Below, piece by piece: positions 13,054 through 27,867 of a stretch of DNA of 64,000 nucleotides. How positions within the stretch are numbered: position 1 is the first letter of the stretch; every line of letters starts with the position of its first letter. Location: the NCBI GenBank assembly GCA_964016885.1, contig OZ024740.1:244838001-244902000 (forward strand). Reading direction: 5' to 3'. Origin of the DNA: Eledone cirrhosa (Eukaryota). The translations under genes and the position numbers were made by a program. The notes below the pieces were generated by a model that had not been told where the DNA came from, did not search any database, and saw only the letters and a program-made list of their open reading frames with translations.

Positions 13054-13251
13054 TATTTATAACCATTCTAGAACTCGATGTAGTCTTGACAAGAATGTTG
13101 CATCAAAGCGAATTAAAATCTCTTTTTTTTTGTTTTTTGTTTTTTTTTTTTTGGTTTTTTTTTAACTTTTTGTTATTGTTTTTTTTTTGTGTATGTTAAG
13201 AGGATATCTCCGTATATGTCGTTGAGTTTTCAAATCTTCCGAGTCTGATAT

Positions 13252-13490
13252 ATAATTTTAAACAATGAAAGTCTAAGACAAGATGAAGTAGATAATTAAT
13301 CCATTGTTTTACGATCGTTTCAGAGACCAAAATTATCAATGTGCTGACCAAAGGATGGCAGTTATGGAACTCCATAGCATTAGCCTCGAAAAAACACATC
13401 CACTTTGCTGTTTATCCTCTGAAACGAACGTAAAACAATGGATTAATTATCTATTTCACCTTGTCTTGTTCTTTCATTGTTTAACATTAT
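13252..13490. repeat. Inverted repeat (~75-bp arms) with HHR 3' halves
   Basis: The arms carry 'ctctgaaacga(t/a)cgtaaaacaatgg' in opposite orientations; (TA)n adjacent on the right. Confidence 0.75.
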
Positions 13491-13707
13491 GTATACATAT
13501 ATATATATTTATATATATATATTTATATTATGTATATATATATATATATTCTGTAAAGCGTTAGTGCCCCACACTTGAGCTCTTACTGTCGAAACGGCAA
13601 TAACTCAGCCATCGGGTACGAATTCTCAGCTTCTAAGTTGAACAATGTTTAAACTGGTAACTCCCAATCTCTCTCGTTCTCTCTCTCTCACTCATTCTCT
13701 CTCTCTC

Positions 13708-13799
<92 letters not shown>

Positions 13800-14937
13800 C
13801 AGAGAGAGAGAGAGAGTGAGGGTGAGAGGGGGGTGCAGGCAGACAGGAAGAGAGAGGGGGAGGCACCATATATTAACACTTTGCGCTCTAGCCATTATAT
13901 ATATTTGCAATGTTTGCATCAAGTTATTTTAAATAGCATATAGCACCCGGAAACATTATGTATTCGGTTGTGGCACTATATATTTTTGGTAATGATAAAT
14001 ATTGTATTTTCAACCTTGTTTCTTCCTCGATAAATAATTACCATGAGATAGGAATGAAGGAGGTTGATTGACCAATGTTCAAAGTGAAATCTTCCAACGT
14101 ACATAGATGTAGTTTCCTATTATTGCATGACATCACAGCAGAATGTTTTCTTTGTGTTTGGTGGAGGATGGACAAGATGGAACCTTTTCAGCGTCTCTGA
14201 GATTAGAGAGCGGAGGAGGAGAGTATCCTCAAACTAGAGACCTTGCTCGGATGCTTGCAACAGAGTAGGTGCCACTAAAGGGCCCCAATGGCCGAGTAGT
14301 GATGTATAATGGTAATTGAGAAGTAGCAGGATGGTTATCTGGTTAACTGGTCCACAGATAAGTCGACCACACGAGTGATCCAACCATTTGTTTTTTTTTG
14401 TTTTTGTTTTTTTGTAAAAAGGATAATTTATTTCATACTTAGTTATGTCAGAGCAATCAGGTGGTGAATTGGTAGTCTTTTTATAAGATTAACTGCTCTG
14501 TGGTATTTGTTCTCTGCGCTCTAAGGGGAATTTTGCCTTTCATCTTACCCGAGTCGGTAAAATGAAGTACGAATGTAAGGCGGTAGATATCAAATTATCC
14601 GGGTGTTGGAGGAGATTCTTTGTGCAGTTCGTTCCGGCATTTTACGTTTTGTCATATATAATGCTTTTTTTAATGAAAAATAAAATTATTATTAGATTCT
14701 CCAGCTGATGTATCAATATGAATCACTTACAATAAAATTTCACCGGAGATAGATTAGCAAAAAAAATTAATAAGCGAGTTGGGAGGCGGGGGTTTATTCA
14801 AGAAGTGAGTGTATATGTATTTGGCATGTATTCAATTGTATAAACCATTATTGCTATGACAATATCATTGAATGCTGTTCGCTCTATTCATTAATTATAA
14901 TGGTAATTTACGTCGATACATTCAGGTTTGAGGCTCG

Positions 14938-14993
<56 letters not shown>

Positions 14994-15368
14994 GAAAGGC
15001 AAAGAGAGGGAGAGAGCGAGAGAGAAAGAGAGAGAGAGTGAGAGGGAGAGAGAACATGTGAATTAGGATACGGGGTTGAAATTTTTGGAAATCGAATAAG
15101 AAGCTTTCACTATAAATTGACTAGAGAAAATAGTCAATTAGGGTATATGAACCCCATGAGCGAAGAAAATGGGCATTGGCGTGCGCGAAAATCGAACCCA
15201 CATCTCTTTCTGTTTTCAATATGTGAGGCGTTAATGCACGAAAAACCAAAATGAAAAACGTAAGATAATTTAATATTCTAACAAAGGTGAACAGAACATA
15301 CCTAAAGGAAACACAAACATGGTGAAAAACCTTGCTCAAGCTACGTTATTCGACTTATTTTTGTGAAA

Positions 15369-15439
<71 letters not shown>

Positions 15440-15702
15440 AACTTATGTATAGAATTATGAATAAGATAAGGGTAATACTGTATATTACCCGATTACTAGT
15501 AAGATAATTAGCTCAATGTAAATATTATATATACTTCAGAGCAGAAATACAACATAGATAACAATCAAATTTTGAATGTTCTAATGATTAGGAATTTATT
15601 TGTTTTAACATTTTATACGCTGCGATGATTCCAGACCTATGTCTGTAAGAAACGATCGTAAGCAATTAACTGCCTTAAACAAAATTTGATTGTTATCTAT
15701 GT

Positions 15703-15822
<120 letters not shown>

Positions 15823-15870
15823 AGACCCTGACGGCTGAGCTCTGGCCGTTTCGAGACAGCTAAATCCGAA

Positions 15871-15917
<47 letters not shown>

Positions 15918-15947
15918 GAAAGGTATAGAAAATATTGTAGCAAAAAG

Positions 15948-16030
<83 letters not shown>

Positions 16031-16032
<2 letters not shown>

Positions 16033-16200
16033 GCGGGTGACTAATTGTTAGAGTGTGAGGTTGTGAGTTCGATTCCCAAACCGAGAGGTGCGTTGTAGCA
16101 TTGAGCAAAACACTTTATTTCATGTTGCTCTAGCTCACTTACCTGGTAAATATTAGTTCTGTCGTCACTCGTGCCAAGCGCTTGGGAAAACATTCGAATT
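16031..16200 (+). mobile_element. tRNA-derived SINE, family 2
   Basis: 'gagttcgattccc...ggtgcgttgt..cattgagcaaaacact' body; related copies at ~17395-17510(-), 38121-38395(+) and 42575-42865(+). Confidence 0.6.
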
Positions 16201-16623
16201 ATTTGTGGCAGTCACAAAGCACTGAATGGTGCGAACATTTCTCGACTAGAGTAAACACATAAAGTATAAGGGTGACACCGTGAATATATCGACTAGGTGT
16301 ATGTCTTCATCCTGTCAGATGTTAGCCATCTCAACATCACTTCAACCATTCCTGCATGTCTACATCCTCCCATGTGCATGAAGAGGACTTTTGGGGGGGG
16401 GGGGGGCTGTATATATATATATATATATACACACATATAAATATATATATATATATATATATATTATAATGAAATGACAGGAGGCTGGATTTGTGTAAAT
16501 CCTTGAAAGGTTTATTATACTATGATCATTTCAATGACCGGGTTGAGTACTCTCTATATTATTGCATTACGGTTGAACATACGGAATAGACCAGCTCTAT
16601 ACAGTGGTGAACCTCAAACCTGA

Positions 16624-16664
<41 letters not shown>

Positions 16665-19600
16665 TATATATGTGTGTGTGTATATATACAGCCCCACCCA
16701 ACAAAAACATACAAGCCCAAACTAGCCAAAACACGCCATGCATACTACAATTACCCGATTAAATAAAATTAAAATTAAAAGGATGGATGCATGCATGCTT
16801 GTATCCATGTATGCATGTGTGTGTGTATGTATGTATGTATACATGCTTGTATGTATGTATACATGCTTGTATATATGGTTGGATGTCAACAATGCCTCTT
16901 GCAGTCTTCTCATGTGCCATTCTGTCTCTCCAGCCAATGCAGGTCAAATAGACACTGGGCTCATTGCTGCAGTTATTGGGGTGTCACGCGAAATTTCACC
17001 AATAAAATACCACCACTTCTGTAGTTTCATTATCTTAGGAGATGTTTAGACGGGAGCAATTACGATTACTCAGTTAGCTGTGTTGATGTGTCTTATGTTG
17101 GAGTGTTGTAAATGCCTGGTGTGGTTTCATGGTCTTCTCTTTTGTTGCTGGATTTAAAAGTCCTCTTCATGCACATGGGAAGATGTAGACATGCAGGAAT
17201 GGTTGAAGTGATGTTGAGATGGCTATCATCTGACAGGATGAAGACACCACCATGTATGTATGTATGCATGTATGTGCAAGAAAAATGAAATTTACAGCTC
17301 ATACCTATTTAGCTTTAGCTGGCCTCCTATGAAGTTAGATCTCATAGAATGTTTTGTGGGGTGTTTTAATGATAGATCCACTTGTCCCACCATGAGAAAC
17401 AACGTGAAATGACACGTCTTGCTCAAGAATACAACCTGCCGTTCGGTCGAGGAATCGAACACATAACCTTATGGTTGTGAATACAACACTCTAACCACAG
17501 GACCACACACCTTCAATGTGTGTGTATATATGAGTGTGTGCGTATGTGTGTCTGTGTGTGTGTGCGTTTTCTCGAAGCATCCAAAATATAAGTAATACCA
17601 CAGCAAATACATCGTGGGAAATTGATTTATTGTTCGTAGAATAACTCCTGAATTTAGGTTTTTATGTGTATCTATAACCATTTCTTCATTTCTGGATTTG
17701 TTTTAACTGTTGTGTCTGTCAGCTTGGATTAATATAGCCTGTTGATATTGGCAAATTGCCTGCTAGCTATGTTATATCGAAAAGAGAATCAATTTTAAAG
17801 AAATGCCATCAATCTTAAAATCTTTTCTGAAGATTCTTCAGATCTTTATCATTCTAACTATGAAGATTTATGAAGTTTGGACATTTTCCAAGAAGTTCTA
17901 AGTTAAGATATTTTCTTGGTCAATGCGAATTGATTGGTACTTTGAATGCTGGCCTAATTATGACTAAGTTGGACGGATATTTTAAGCATTACACCAGAAA
18001 GCATTAAGCCAGAAAGATTCTGATTAGGTGTTGTTTAGCCACAGGTTAGCTCGGAGCAAACAGACCTATGACCAAAATACATTCTAGCCGTGACCATCCT
18101 GAATTTTTTTTAAGACAGTGTATCTTGGATCACATTTCCAAATGCGCTCATTCATAGGAAACTAGAGTGTGCTTTGAGGGATATTTGGCTACTATTTCAA
18201 GCAGGTAGAGCGACCATCTAGAGGTATCCCTTGTTGGCTCTCGTTTTTAATTATTGATTCATAGACGTAATCTACATTTACAAAACAATATTAATTAAAT
18301 ACTTGAATAGGAAGCCAGTCTATTGTATATTATTTTCCTAGATACCTTCCTAGATGTTACATATTCTCCTATATTAAATGAACTGAATCACAGGAAAAGA
18401 GGGACTGCAAAACGGATTGAAACTTTCATCCAGTGAGTTTGTAGTTCAATACTCTTTCATTTTTAACCAACGAGTGGATCTCTATATAGTCGTTCGTCAT
18501 AATAAAAAAAAAAGCAGCTATTCCTCGAAAAAACGCAAATTACCGTCTTAAAAGAGGAAGAACTCGTTGGATAATGTAGACCTATATGCAGGATGTCTGA
18601 ATGAAAAGATGAGACGATCCCGACTTGATCATAAATCTGCTTCATTAAGGGTTGATCTGAAAGAAACAGAGTGAATAAGAGCTGGGTAGTTCAACCGGTA
18701 CATGGGACCGTATTATTGGAGAGCCAAGGTATGGCCTGTGAATATCTGAGGCACCCACTCAAAATATCTCTTGGTGCCCTTGAATTTTAAGAGAACTGTT
18801 GCTCCACCGGAGGCCAAAATCAGTCTTATTCCGCCTTGCAAAATTTCTGAGAGGTTCTGGAGGCAAAATATATTGATTTCTAATTTAGGCACAGAACCAG
18901 TAAATTTTAGAGGAAGGGAAATCTGATTAAATCATCCCGGGTACTTAACTAGTACTTTATTTTATCGACCCAGGAAGGGCGAAAGGTAAAGTTGATCTCG
19001 GTTGGGTTTGAATTCAGAATGTCAAGGAACAGAACAAATACCACAGCTGCATTTTATACGACGCTGTATCTATTCTGCACATCCACCATCCTTCTGGGGG
19101 CGAAATATATAAGCAACAACAATGAAAAGAACAATTATCGCAACAACGATAATCAGAACAACTGTTTACTTATTGTGCCGAGAAGATATTTCTCTACCTC
19201 CTTGATATCGTCAATAAATTCCAGGTCTACCATTGTTGGCAAAATTCTTTGTGGTATTCAGGAAAAAATTCGTTGCGTTCTGAGTTCAAATCCGACCACG
19301 GTTAACTTTGCCTTTCATCCTTTTCGAGTCGATAAAATAAAGTACTTGCCTAGGGCCGTGGATTAACTGCAGTATTTGTTCAGACATTTTGTGTTGCGAG
19401 TTTAAATCCTGCTGTAACTTGGTTGACTTAATCAGTAGCCCAGTTTAACACTAGTACCTGAACTCTGGATGCCTCAAGCAGAGTCCAAATCCCTGGTAAA
19501 CCTTCGAACCAAGTCTCCAGGTTGATGATAATTTCCTCCCTCCCACCACTCATAGAGACACTGGAAAAGTTTGAAGTCACTGTCCTTTTCTCCCTGATCA

Positions 19601-19791
19601 AGCGGTAAAATAACAATGATCTCTATTTGTGGGAAGGCGACCCCGAGTACTTGACTGGTACTTTATTTTTTTCGACCGCGAAAGGTTGAAAGACAAAGTT
19701 GACACCGGCGGGATTTAAACTCAGAAAGTAAAAACCTAGAACAAATACTAAGCATTTGTCTGGCGTTCTAATGACTGCCAATCCACTGCCC

Positions 19792-20114
<323 letters not shown>

Positions 20115-20639
20115 ATTTCATCAACAGCTTGATAATGACTGCTGAGATGAGAAAGTATTTCTGCATATATTTGATATCAAGAAATATATTCTAAGTCTCA
20201 GAATTATACTTTGTTTCTATTGTAACTGTTGAAAACGATTCGCAAAGAAGCAACAGCGATGCATCTAACGATGGAGGAAGACAAAAATCAATAAGAAACA
20301 TTTTGAGACACGTCATTAAAAGAAATACTTCCTGCCAGACCAAAATATTCACATCACGAAACATTGATATCAACTTTCAGTATTAATGTCGGATTGTTTT
20401 TATATCAAGTCACGTGTTCTATTGACTATGATGAATGCAGTTCTTCGCTTTCGTATGATGCATTGTGGGATCGATGTCAAAAGATTCATAGATTGTGTAT
20501 TTTATTATGCAATATATAAAATATTTTATTATGTAATATATAAAATATAAACAATTTGTACAGATGTATAATGTAACTGGAGATGGGTAAATCAGATCTA
20601 ACGCTGATAATTTATTCATTATGTATGTATGTATGTATG

Positions 20640-20905
20640 TTTTCTCTTTCTCTTAATTTCGAGTATATTTTTTTTGACCGGCCACCTTCCTGGTGGCAAG
20701 GTTGTAAAAGAAAAGAAATTGTCATCCCTTGAATCGCAAGAATGTTTTGCAAATTTTGAAGGTGCCAGCTATCGCAGCCATTTGTAGACTATGAATTAGG
20801 GAGCTGCGCTTTTTGTCCGCAAATCCAAGTTCAGTCATACTTTGGTCCAAGCGGGTTGGTATATAACCCGTAGCACCAATAATGATGGGTATGAAGCTAA
20901 AGGTG
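20640..20905 (-). mobile_element. R4/Dong-type (RLE-domain) non-LTR retrotransposon 3' end in (TACA)n
   Basis: 'FIPIIIGATGYIP...LQMAAIAGTFKICKTFL' is the C-terminus of an RLE domain; flanked by (TATG)n on both sides. Confidence 0.75.
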
Positions 20906-21077
20906 TATGTATGTATGTATGTATGTATGTATGTATGTATGTATGTATGTATGTATGTATGTATGTATGTATGTATGTATGTATGCGTGTATGTGTATGC
21001 ATGTGTACATGTGAGCATGTTGGTTTCTTTTGGTGTCAAGGTTTAAATACATGTTTGTGTGTGTGCGTATTTGTATG

Positions 21078-21155
<78 letters not shown>

Positions 21156-21196
21156 GGAAAAAGAAGCATCAGTGATGCATCGGAACACAATTTATT

Positions 21197-21289
21197 ACAT
21201 ATTACAATTGTTTCTCCGGTGAACAGCTCGAGGTGCGATCTGTTTGTGGATTGAACCTGACTCTGGATTCGCAAGTTCTTCAGATACGT
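21197..21289 (-). ncRNA. Type I hammerhead motif (family A)
   Basis: acgtat-CTGAAGA-acttgcgaa...ttcaccgga-GAAAC-aatt-GTA-atatgt; stem II partly mismatched; homologous to 27771-27867. Confidence 0.65.
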
Positions 21290-21845
21290 CTAGTGATTTC
21301 GAAGCAAATTCTCTTTCTGCAGGGCTCTGACCCTTCGAATCTATATCATCTGCTTTCATCCTGTTTGCGCGACCCTTAGATTGGTCGATGGTTCATGACG
21401 TCATCATAGTTCTTGGCCACTGAAATCTTCCCACTGCCAGGCACTGGATAAAGTAGTTGCCCCGAATCTATATCTATCCCTATATACACATACATAAATA
21501 ACATACATACATGTATGGATACATGTATCTATGTTATCTATGTATGTGTATACAGGGATAGATGTGTGTGTGCCTGTATGCGTATTCGTGTGTGTATGTA
21601 TGTGTGTGTGTGTTTATGCATGTAAAATACACAACACTTTCTCATAGTTGGCTAACTGCTACATCTTAACTATAATAAAGAAAGGAGTGCGGGACTGCAT
21701 CCAGAATATAATTTTTTTATCCAGTTTGTAAAATAAATTTGATTACTTTGAATAAATAATGAATGAATATTACATAATTTATCTACTAAATTTCGTAACA
21801 CATGATTAAACATATATTAAACATATATTATAAATATTATTGCAT

Positions 21846-22027
21846 GGATTGGCAGTATCGGTAGAGGGTCGGACGCCATGCTTTCCAGCATAGTTACGTC
21901 CCTTTACGATCTGAGTTCAAATCCCGCCGAGGTTGACTTTGCCTTTCATCCTTACGGGGTCGATAAAATAAAGTACCAGTAAAATAAAGTACCAGTAATT
22001 GCTGGCCTTGTGCCTAAAGTGGAAACA
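21846..22027 (+). mobile_element. tRNA-derived SINE, family 1, with TSD
   Basis: TSD 'attattgcat' at 21836-21845 and 22028-22037. Confidence 0.85.
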
Positions 22028-22272
22028 ATTATTGCATATTTCAAGAATCACTTCTTTTTAAAAATTCAAATTTCAATACTTCCGGTATATCTATACTATA
22101 TATAGAGAGAGAGAGTGAAAGAGAAAGATGGCGCCATTTGGATTTTTTTTCAACACGCTGATATGTGTGCGTGTGCGTGTGTGTATGTTGTTGTTCTTTG
22201 ATTTTATAAAATTGCTAGAGCGAGAAAGAGAGATTGTATGTGTGAGTATATAAAGAGAGTAGTGACTGTGAC

Positions 22273-22313
<41 letters not shown>

Positions 22314-22338
22314 AGGTGAGTAATATTGTAGTAATATT

Positions 22339-22471
<133 letters not shown>

Positions 22472-22482
22472 ATATATATATA

Positions 22483-22540
<58 letters not shown>

Positions 22541-22882
22541 AATTAGTATATCTACCAACATATATATACAGATGCATACCTATGCTAGCAAATATATAGG
22601 TTTTGTCTTAGTAACTTTGTGGTTCAATGCAAGGGATGCAGCACAATTATATGAAAGACGTAAAATAAGAAAATTATTTCCATTCAGAAACCATGTTTAT
22701 TCCCTTTCAGAAACTAATTAGTTGGAGTGAAATTTTATTAAGTAAGTTCATTTTTATAATTTTCTTATTTTACCTCTTTCATATAGATATATATATATAA
22801 ATATATAAAGAATATTACTACAATATTACTCACCTCCTATATATATATATATATAGGAGGTGAGTAATATTGTAGTAATATT

Positions 22883-22930
<48 letters not shown>

Positions 22931-22935
<5 letters not shown>

Positions 22936-23061
22936 AACCAGTAAGACCCCGACGGCTGAGCTCAAGCCGTTTCGACGGCTAATTCTGGACTAAAGTTTTT
23001 AGTCCAGAATTAGCCGTCGAAACGGCTTGAGCTCAGCCGTCGGGGTCTTACTGGTTCCTAT
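22931..23061. repeat. Perfect palindrome made of two HHR 3' halves
   Basis: Each arm has gtc-GAAAC-ggct(tgagctc)agcc-GTC-ggggt but lacks the CUGANGA half; relatives at 13560-13625(+) and 15821-15870(-). Confidence 0.8.
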
Positions 23062-23137
23062 TACCCACTCTACTACCCCAAGTATTGAGTACTTTGGTGC
23101 GTTATGGTCCACCTGGTTCCTTACCACATTTCCTTCG

Positions 23138-23188
<51 letters not shown>

Positions 23189-23379
23189 AACTATTATAAC
23201 TATAATCACGCAAACACAAACTTATAAAAGTAAGCGCTCACGGACATACATTCACACACATATATATTTACACAAACACACAGTCACACATATACATTTA
23301 CACAAACCCACACATACAGTCATGATACCAGCTTTCGGTGAATTGGAAATGGGGGGGGGGGTAATACAAGTATAATATT

Positions 23380-24090
23380 TTTTTTATTTATTAACAACAC
23401 AGTTAAACTATTTTTTTAAATTAAAAAAAAATTAATATAAAGGTTACATTTAATATAAAGGTTACAAAAAAATATAATATAAATTGAATATAAAGGTTAC
23501 ACAACGAAAACACTAACACATATAATATATACAAAGGAAAGGGAAAGGAAAAAAAGAAAGAGAAAATACACAAGCACGTAATACCCAGATCTTAGACCAC
23601 ATCAACAAAAGGCAGGCGAAAGGGGTGTACAAACGAGACGCGACCAGAGCAAAAGATAACAATATAACGAGGAGCACTGGGAAACCTCTCTAATAATTTT
23701 TGAGGCAAGCCAGCACGCTCGCAGCGTTACCTGGGATGATGGCGAGGCTGAGGTGCTGGAACAACCAAGCGCCTTCACGAGAGTCACCAGTTACCTTTGT
23801 TTGGCGAGCCACCAGTGAAGATGAGACCACGCTGTCAGTCGCCCGACTCCTCCAAACGTCACAAATGCCACAAGCTGGATAATTAGTTAGCTGACAGAAC
23901 ACGGTATTTTAGGATTTTGTTCCGTTCAGGATGTGGGAAGAAGTAAAAGAGTCACTAACTGTCCCAGGTAAGGCACCTGCCTCATGACCAGGAGCACAGA
24001 GTAAGACCGTCAAGTCTTTTCCCATCAATTCTGGACAACCCAGGCGGTTCCAAAATTGAGGGGATGTTTGCCCGGGCCAAAACTCTTAAG
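23380..24090 (-). mobile_element. Probable LINE ORF1 (gag-like Zn-knuckle) fragment with A-rich tail
   Basis: Minus strand has '[10 protein letters not shown]' and 'CGICDVW' Cys/His motifs and ends in aataataaaaaaaa. Confidence 0.35.
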
Positions 24091-24279
24091 TGGTAATAGG
24101 ATAGTGTGTGTATGCGCGCGCGTGATTTTGTTGGCGTTCTTAAATTAGAGACATGTGTGTGTGTGTCACTGTTTTTAAGTTAGTGACATATATGTGTGCA
24201 TCCCTTTCCTTCCTTTTACAGACACATACATTCACAAAAACACACATACACATTGCGTGATGGACGGGTGGACAGAAGT

Positions 24280-24940
24280 CCCTCAAATTTATATACATGT
24301 GAATGGAATTCTACTGAAGCAGGTAGAGAAGTTCAAGTATCTTGGAGCCGTGTTCATGAGTGATGGAATGCAGGAGGGTGAATTAAGTGCAAGAATTACA
24401 AAAGCTGATGCAGTAAAGCGCCAGCCTCAGCAATCAGATGAAGGGGGTAGGTGTAAAAGCCAAACTCGCTGTCTTCCTGGTATTACTGCCAACTCTTACC
24501 GAGGATCATGAATCTTGAGTAATGACCAAAAGAATACAATTGCAAATAAAAGTGGCAGAAATGGGATTCCTCGGAAGAGTCTTTGGAGTAACGTTACTCG
24601 ATAAAGTTCACAGCTCAGAGACCAAAGAGTAACTCCTGGTAGAGCCGCTACTTCTCCGAATTGAAAGATCATAATCCCGATATTATGAGCATGTGGTTAG
24701 AATGTCTCAGTAAAGAATCGCTGGACACATTTTACAGGCAAAACCAAACGGCAAGGGAACTAGAGGTAGACCCTGAGCAAGATAGTTGGATAACATCCAT
24801 GAGCTTGGCTGGTCACGCGTTGGGATCCAGCTGGATCAATTAGAGATGTTTCCTTCTGACAGACTCGCTGGAAGGAGTGTTTGAGAAGGACTCTGCCCCC
24901 TCGACCCTTTCAGAAATAAGTGGGCGAAGAAGAAGAAGAT
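24280..24940 (+). mobile_element. RTE-clade LINE 3' fragment
   Basis: 'LKQVEKFKYLGAVFMSDG..E.ELSARITKA', 'RGRP...W' and a (GAA)n tail. Confidence 0.85.
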
Positions 24941-25310
24941 ATTGTCGATTTACTTTTCAATTTACATATATTTGCGTATAATTCCAATATGCACACTACA
25001 TATGTTAGCAGAAAACCGCGCGTGGGCGGTTTTTCTGCTAGTATTTATAATTTGAAAAGATGATTTTTATCAACCAGTTGTATACAACCATAAACTAGGA
25101 AGAATGGTTTATACTGTTTTGCCTTTTTACTGATATCTAATATTGAACTTGAATGAGTTTTAGTTGATGCAATTGATTCCAGTCATGTTTTTAAGTCTGG
25201 TATTATTTTATTGATCTATGTTTGTCAAAGTTTCAAGATATATAAACAAACGGCAACGTAAATACTCAAATGGGGATAAGCCCACACAAACACATACATA
25301 CACACACACA

Positions 25311-25370
<60 letters not shown>

Positions 25371-25371
25371 G

Positions 25372-25416
<45 letters not shown>

Positions 25417-25676
25417 TATACATACATACATGCATATTTTAATCTTCACATTTATTATTATTACTATATATATATATACACAGTTCAAGAGTAACCAATC
25501 TTAAAGAGAGCGATGGAGATAGGAGAGGAGATAGGAGAGGAGAGGAGAGATTAGTGAATTAGTTAGAAGCCAAAGCTTAAAGGCATGTGCTCAATGTGCA
25601 ATATGCAGTATAAAGCAGCTAGGTCGCTGGGTTCATGCAGAAGTTAGGCGCGAAGAGCTGAAAATACTCATTAGTT

Positions 25677-25791
25677 AAGCAAAACAAGACCACAAATTTC
25701 ACAAGGAAGACATTATTAAAAGATTGTCAACATATTTTAGTTTGCTGTTTAATAATGTCTTCCTTGTGAAATTTGTGGTCTTGTTTTGCTT
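25677..25791. repeat. Inverted repeat (~44-bp arms) adjacent to (TA)n
   Basis: aagcaaaacaagaccacaaatttcacaaggaagacattattaaa and its reverse complement. Confidence 0.85.
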
Positions 25792-26045
25792 ATATATATA
25801 TATATATATATATATGTAGATAAATCTACCAAGAGTTTACGGTAGTGTCCAATCCGTATGAAGAACTCAATGTATTCCGGATATCATGGAAAGAAGAGAT
25901 GTAATGAAAAACCAATTTGATAATTTTGTACATAGATCTGTTAAATATGCATACCAATTATAACACATATATACCCTAGAAACGATCGTTAAATAGTGAA
26001 CTTTTTTTGTTTAATATAAGGAATTGTTTGTTCATTATTTGTTTA

Positions 26046-26120
<75 letters not shown>

Positions 26121-26168
26121 ATAAATACGTCTGCACATACACACACACATACACAAACACACACACAC

Positions 26169-26250
<82 letters not shown>

Positions 26251-26344
26251 ACTTTGATAAGTCTTTTAGATCATGCTTTACACGTCAATCCTGTGTTGAA
26301 CACCATGGCCCACTCCAGTAAAGTGTTTCCTATATACCTAGATA

Positions 26345-27615
26345 TCTTCTTCTTCTTCTTCTTCTTCTTCTTCTTCTTCTTCTTCTTCTTCTTCTTCTTC
26401 TTCTTCTTCTTCTTCTTCTTCTTCTTCTTCTTCTTCTTCTTCTTCTTTTTCTTCTTCTTCTTCGCCCACTTCAGCCTAGGACGGTCATAGGGGAAGAGTC
26501 CTCAAACACTCTTTCCAGCGGGTCCTGTCAGAAGCAACCTCATGGATGTTATCCATCTTGTTCGGGGTCTACCTCTGTGTCTCCTGTCGGTTGGTTTTGC
26601 CCGTAAAATCTGCCCAGCGATTCTTTCCTGAGACATTCTAACCACATGTCCATAGTTTCGGAGTTGTGATCTTTCAATTCGGAGACGTAGTGGCTTTACC
26701 TGGAGTGACTCTCTGATCTCTGAGCTACGCACTCTATCGAGTAACGTTACTCCAAAGACCCTTCAGAGGAACCCATTTCGACCGCATGTATTCGCGATCG
26801 TATTCTGTTGGTCATTACCCAAGGTAAAGGTTAACATAACTACCGAGTTTGGCTTCTGATTACCTCCCTTCTTCTGATTACTGAATGCTGAAGCTGATGG
26901 ATTACTGCACCAGCTCCTACAATTCTTGCACTTAATTCAGCCTCTTTCCTTCTATCACTTGTGAACACGGCCCCGAGATACTTGAACGTCTCTACCTGCT
27001 TCAGTGTAACTCAATTTACAGTATACTTTTTGTCGAGTTAAGTAACACAATGTCATCTGCAAATTCCAGTCGACTGATTTTAAACATGTCAGTCGTGATA
27101 CTTCCAACTCGGCTGAATGAATAGGAGAGGTGACAGTATGCGCCCTTGGCGAAGTCTGACTCCTATATTGGATGGTTTCGATTTATCCGAACACAAATAC
27201 TTGGGCATTCGTATAGATACATCAGGGCAGCAAGAGGCTGACCATCGATCCCATACTCCTGCACAACCTTCCACAGTAGGTCCCGAGGAACGCGGTCATA
27301 TGCCTTTTCAAGGTCGACAAAACAAGAATATACTTATTGGCAATGCTCCCACAATTTCTCGAAGATATCCTGCTGTGTGAATATTTGGTCGGCTGTGCTG
27401 AGCCCGAGACAAAAACCACAATGATAGCTTGAACTCGACAATCTCTCTTGTCTCCCCTTTTTGAAAATTGAGATTATCACTCCCGACTGCCATTTCTTAG
27501 GTGGCATTCCAGATTAGTCACCGCTCCAAGATATACTTCTTGTACATCAGAAGATATCGCTGTGATCGGGTTTAGGAGATCAGCAAAATATTCTCTCCGC
27601 CTCGCGAGGATGCAT
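26345..27615 (-). mobile_element. RTE-clade LINE fragment with long (GAA)n tail
   Basis: 'GVRLRQGRILSPLLFI', 'EFADDIVLL' and 'LRIERSQLRNYGHVVRM...RHRGRPRTRW'; (TTC)n at 26345-26463. Confidence 0.9.
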
Positions 27616-27770
27616 CTCTCCCTCTCTCTCTCTCTCATATATACATACATATATATATATATACTTCGAAGTCACAATCGCTCTACATTGCACTTGAATA
27701 AATTATCTTGGCTCCTCTATTGAGTCTTAGAGTTCTAGTCATGTATATATATATATAGAGAGAGAGAGAG

Positions 27771-27867
27771 AGACATATTACAATCGTTTCTCTGGCGACC
27801 AGCTCGCGGAAAGATCGATGCGATGATCGAATCTGACTATGAAATCGCAAGATCCTCAGATACGTCT
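27771..27867 (-). ncRNA. Type I hammerhead motif (family A), left arm of an imperfect palindrome 27771-27954
   Basis: 8-bp stem I agacgtat/atatgtct; CTGAGGA; stem II tct.gcga/tcgc.aga with long insert; GAAAC-gatt-GTA. The right arm carries only the 3' half. Confidence 0.75.

Noticed and set aside
22800-22890. Short palindrome centred on (TA)n with a third copy at 22311-22342 as a distinct element
   Set aside because: Exact short copies among long (TA)n tracts could be assembly artefacts; only listed within the general inverted-repeat finding.
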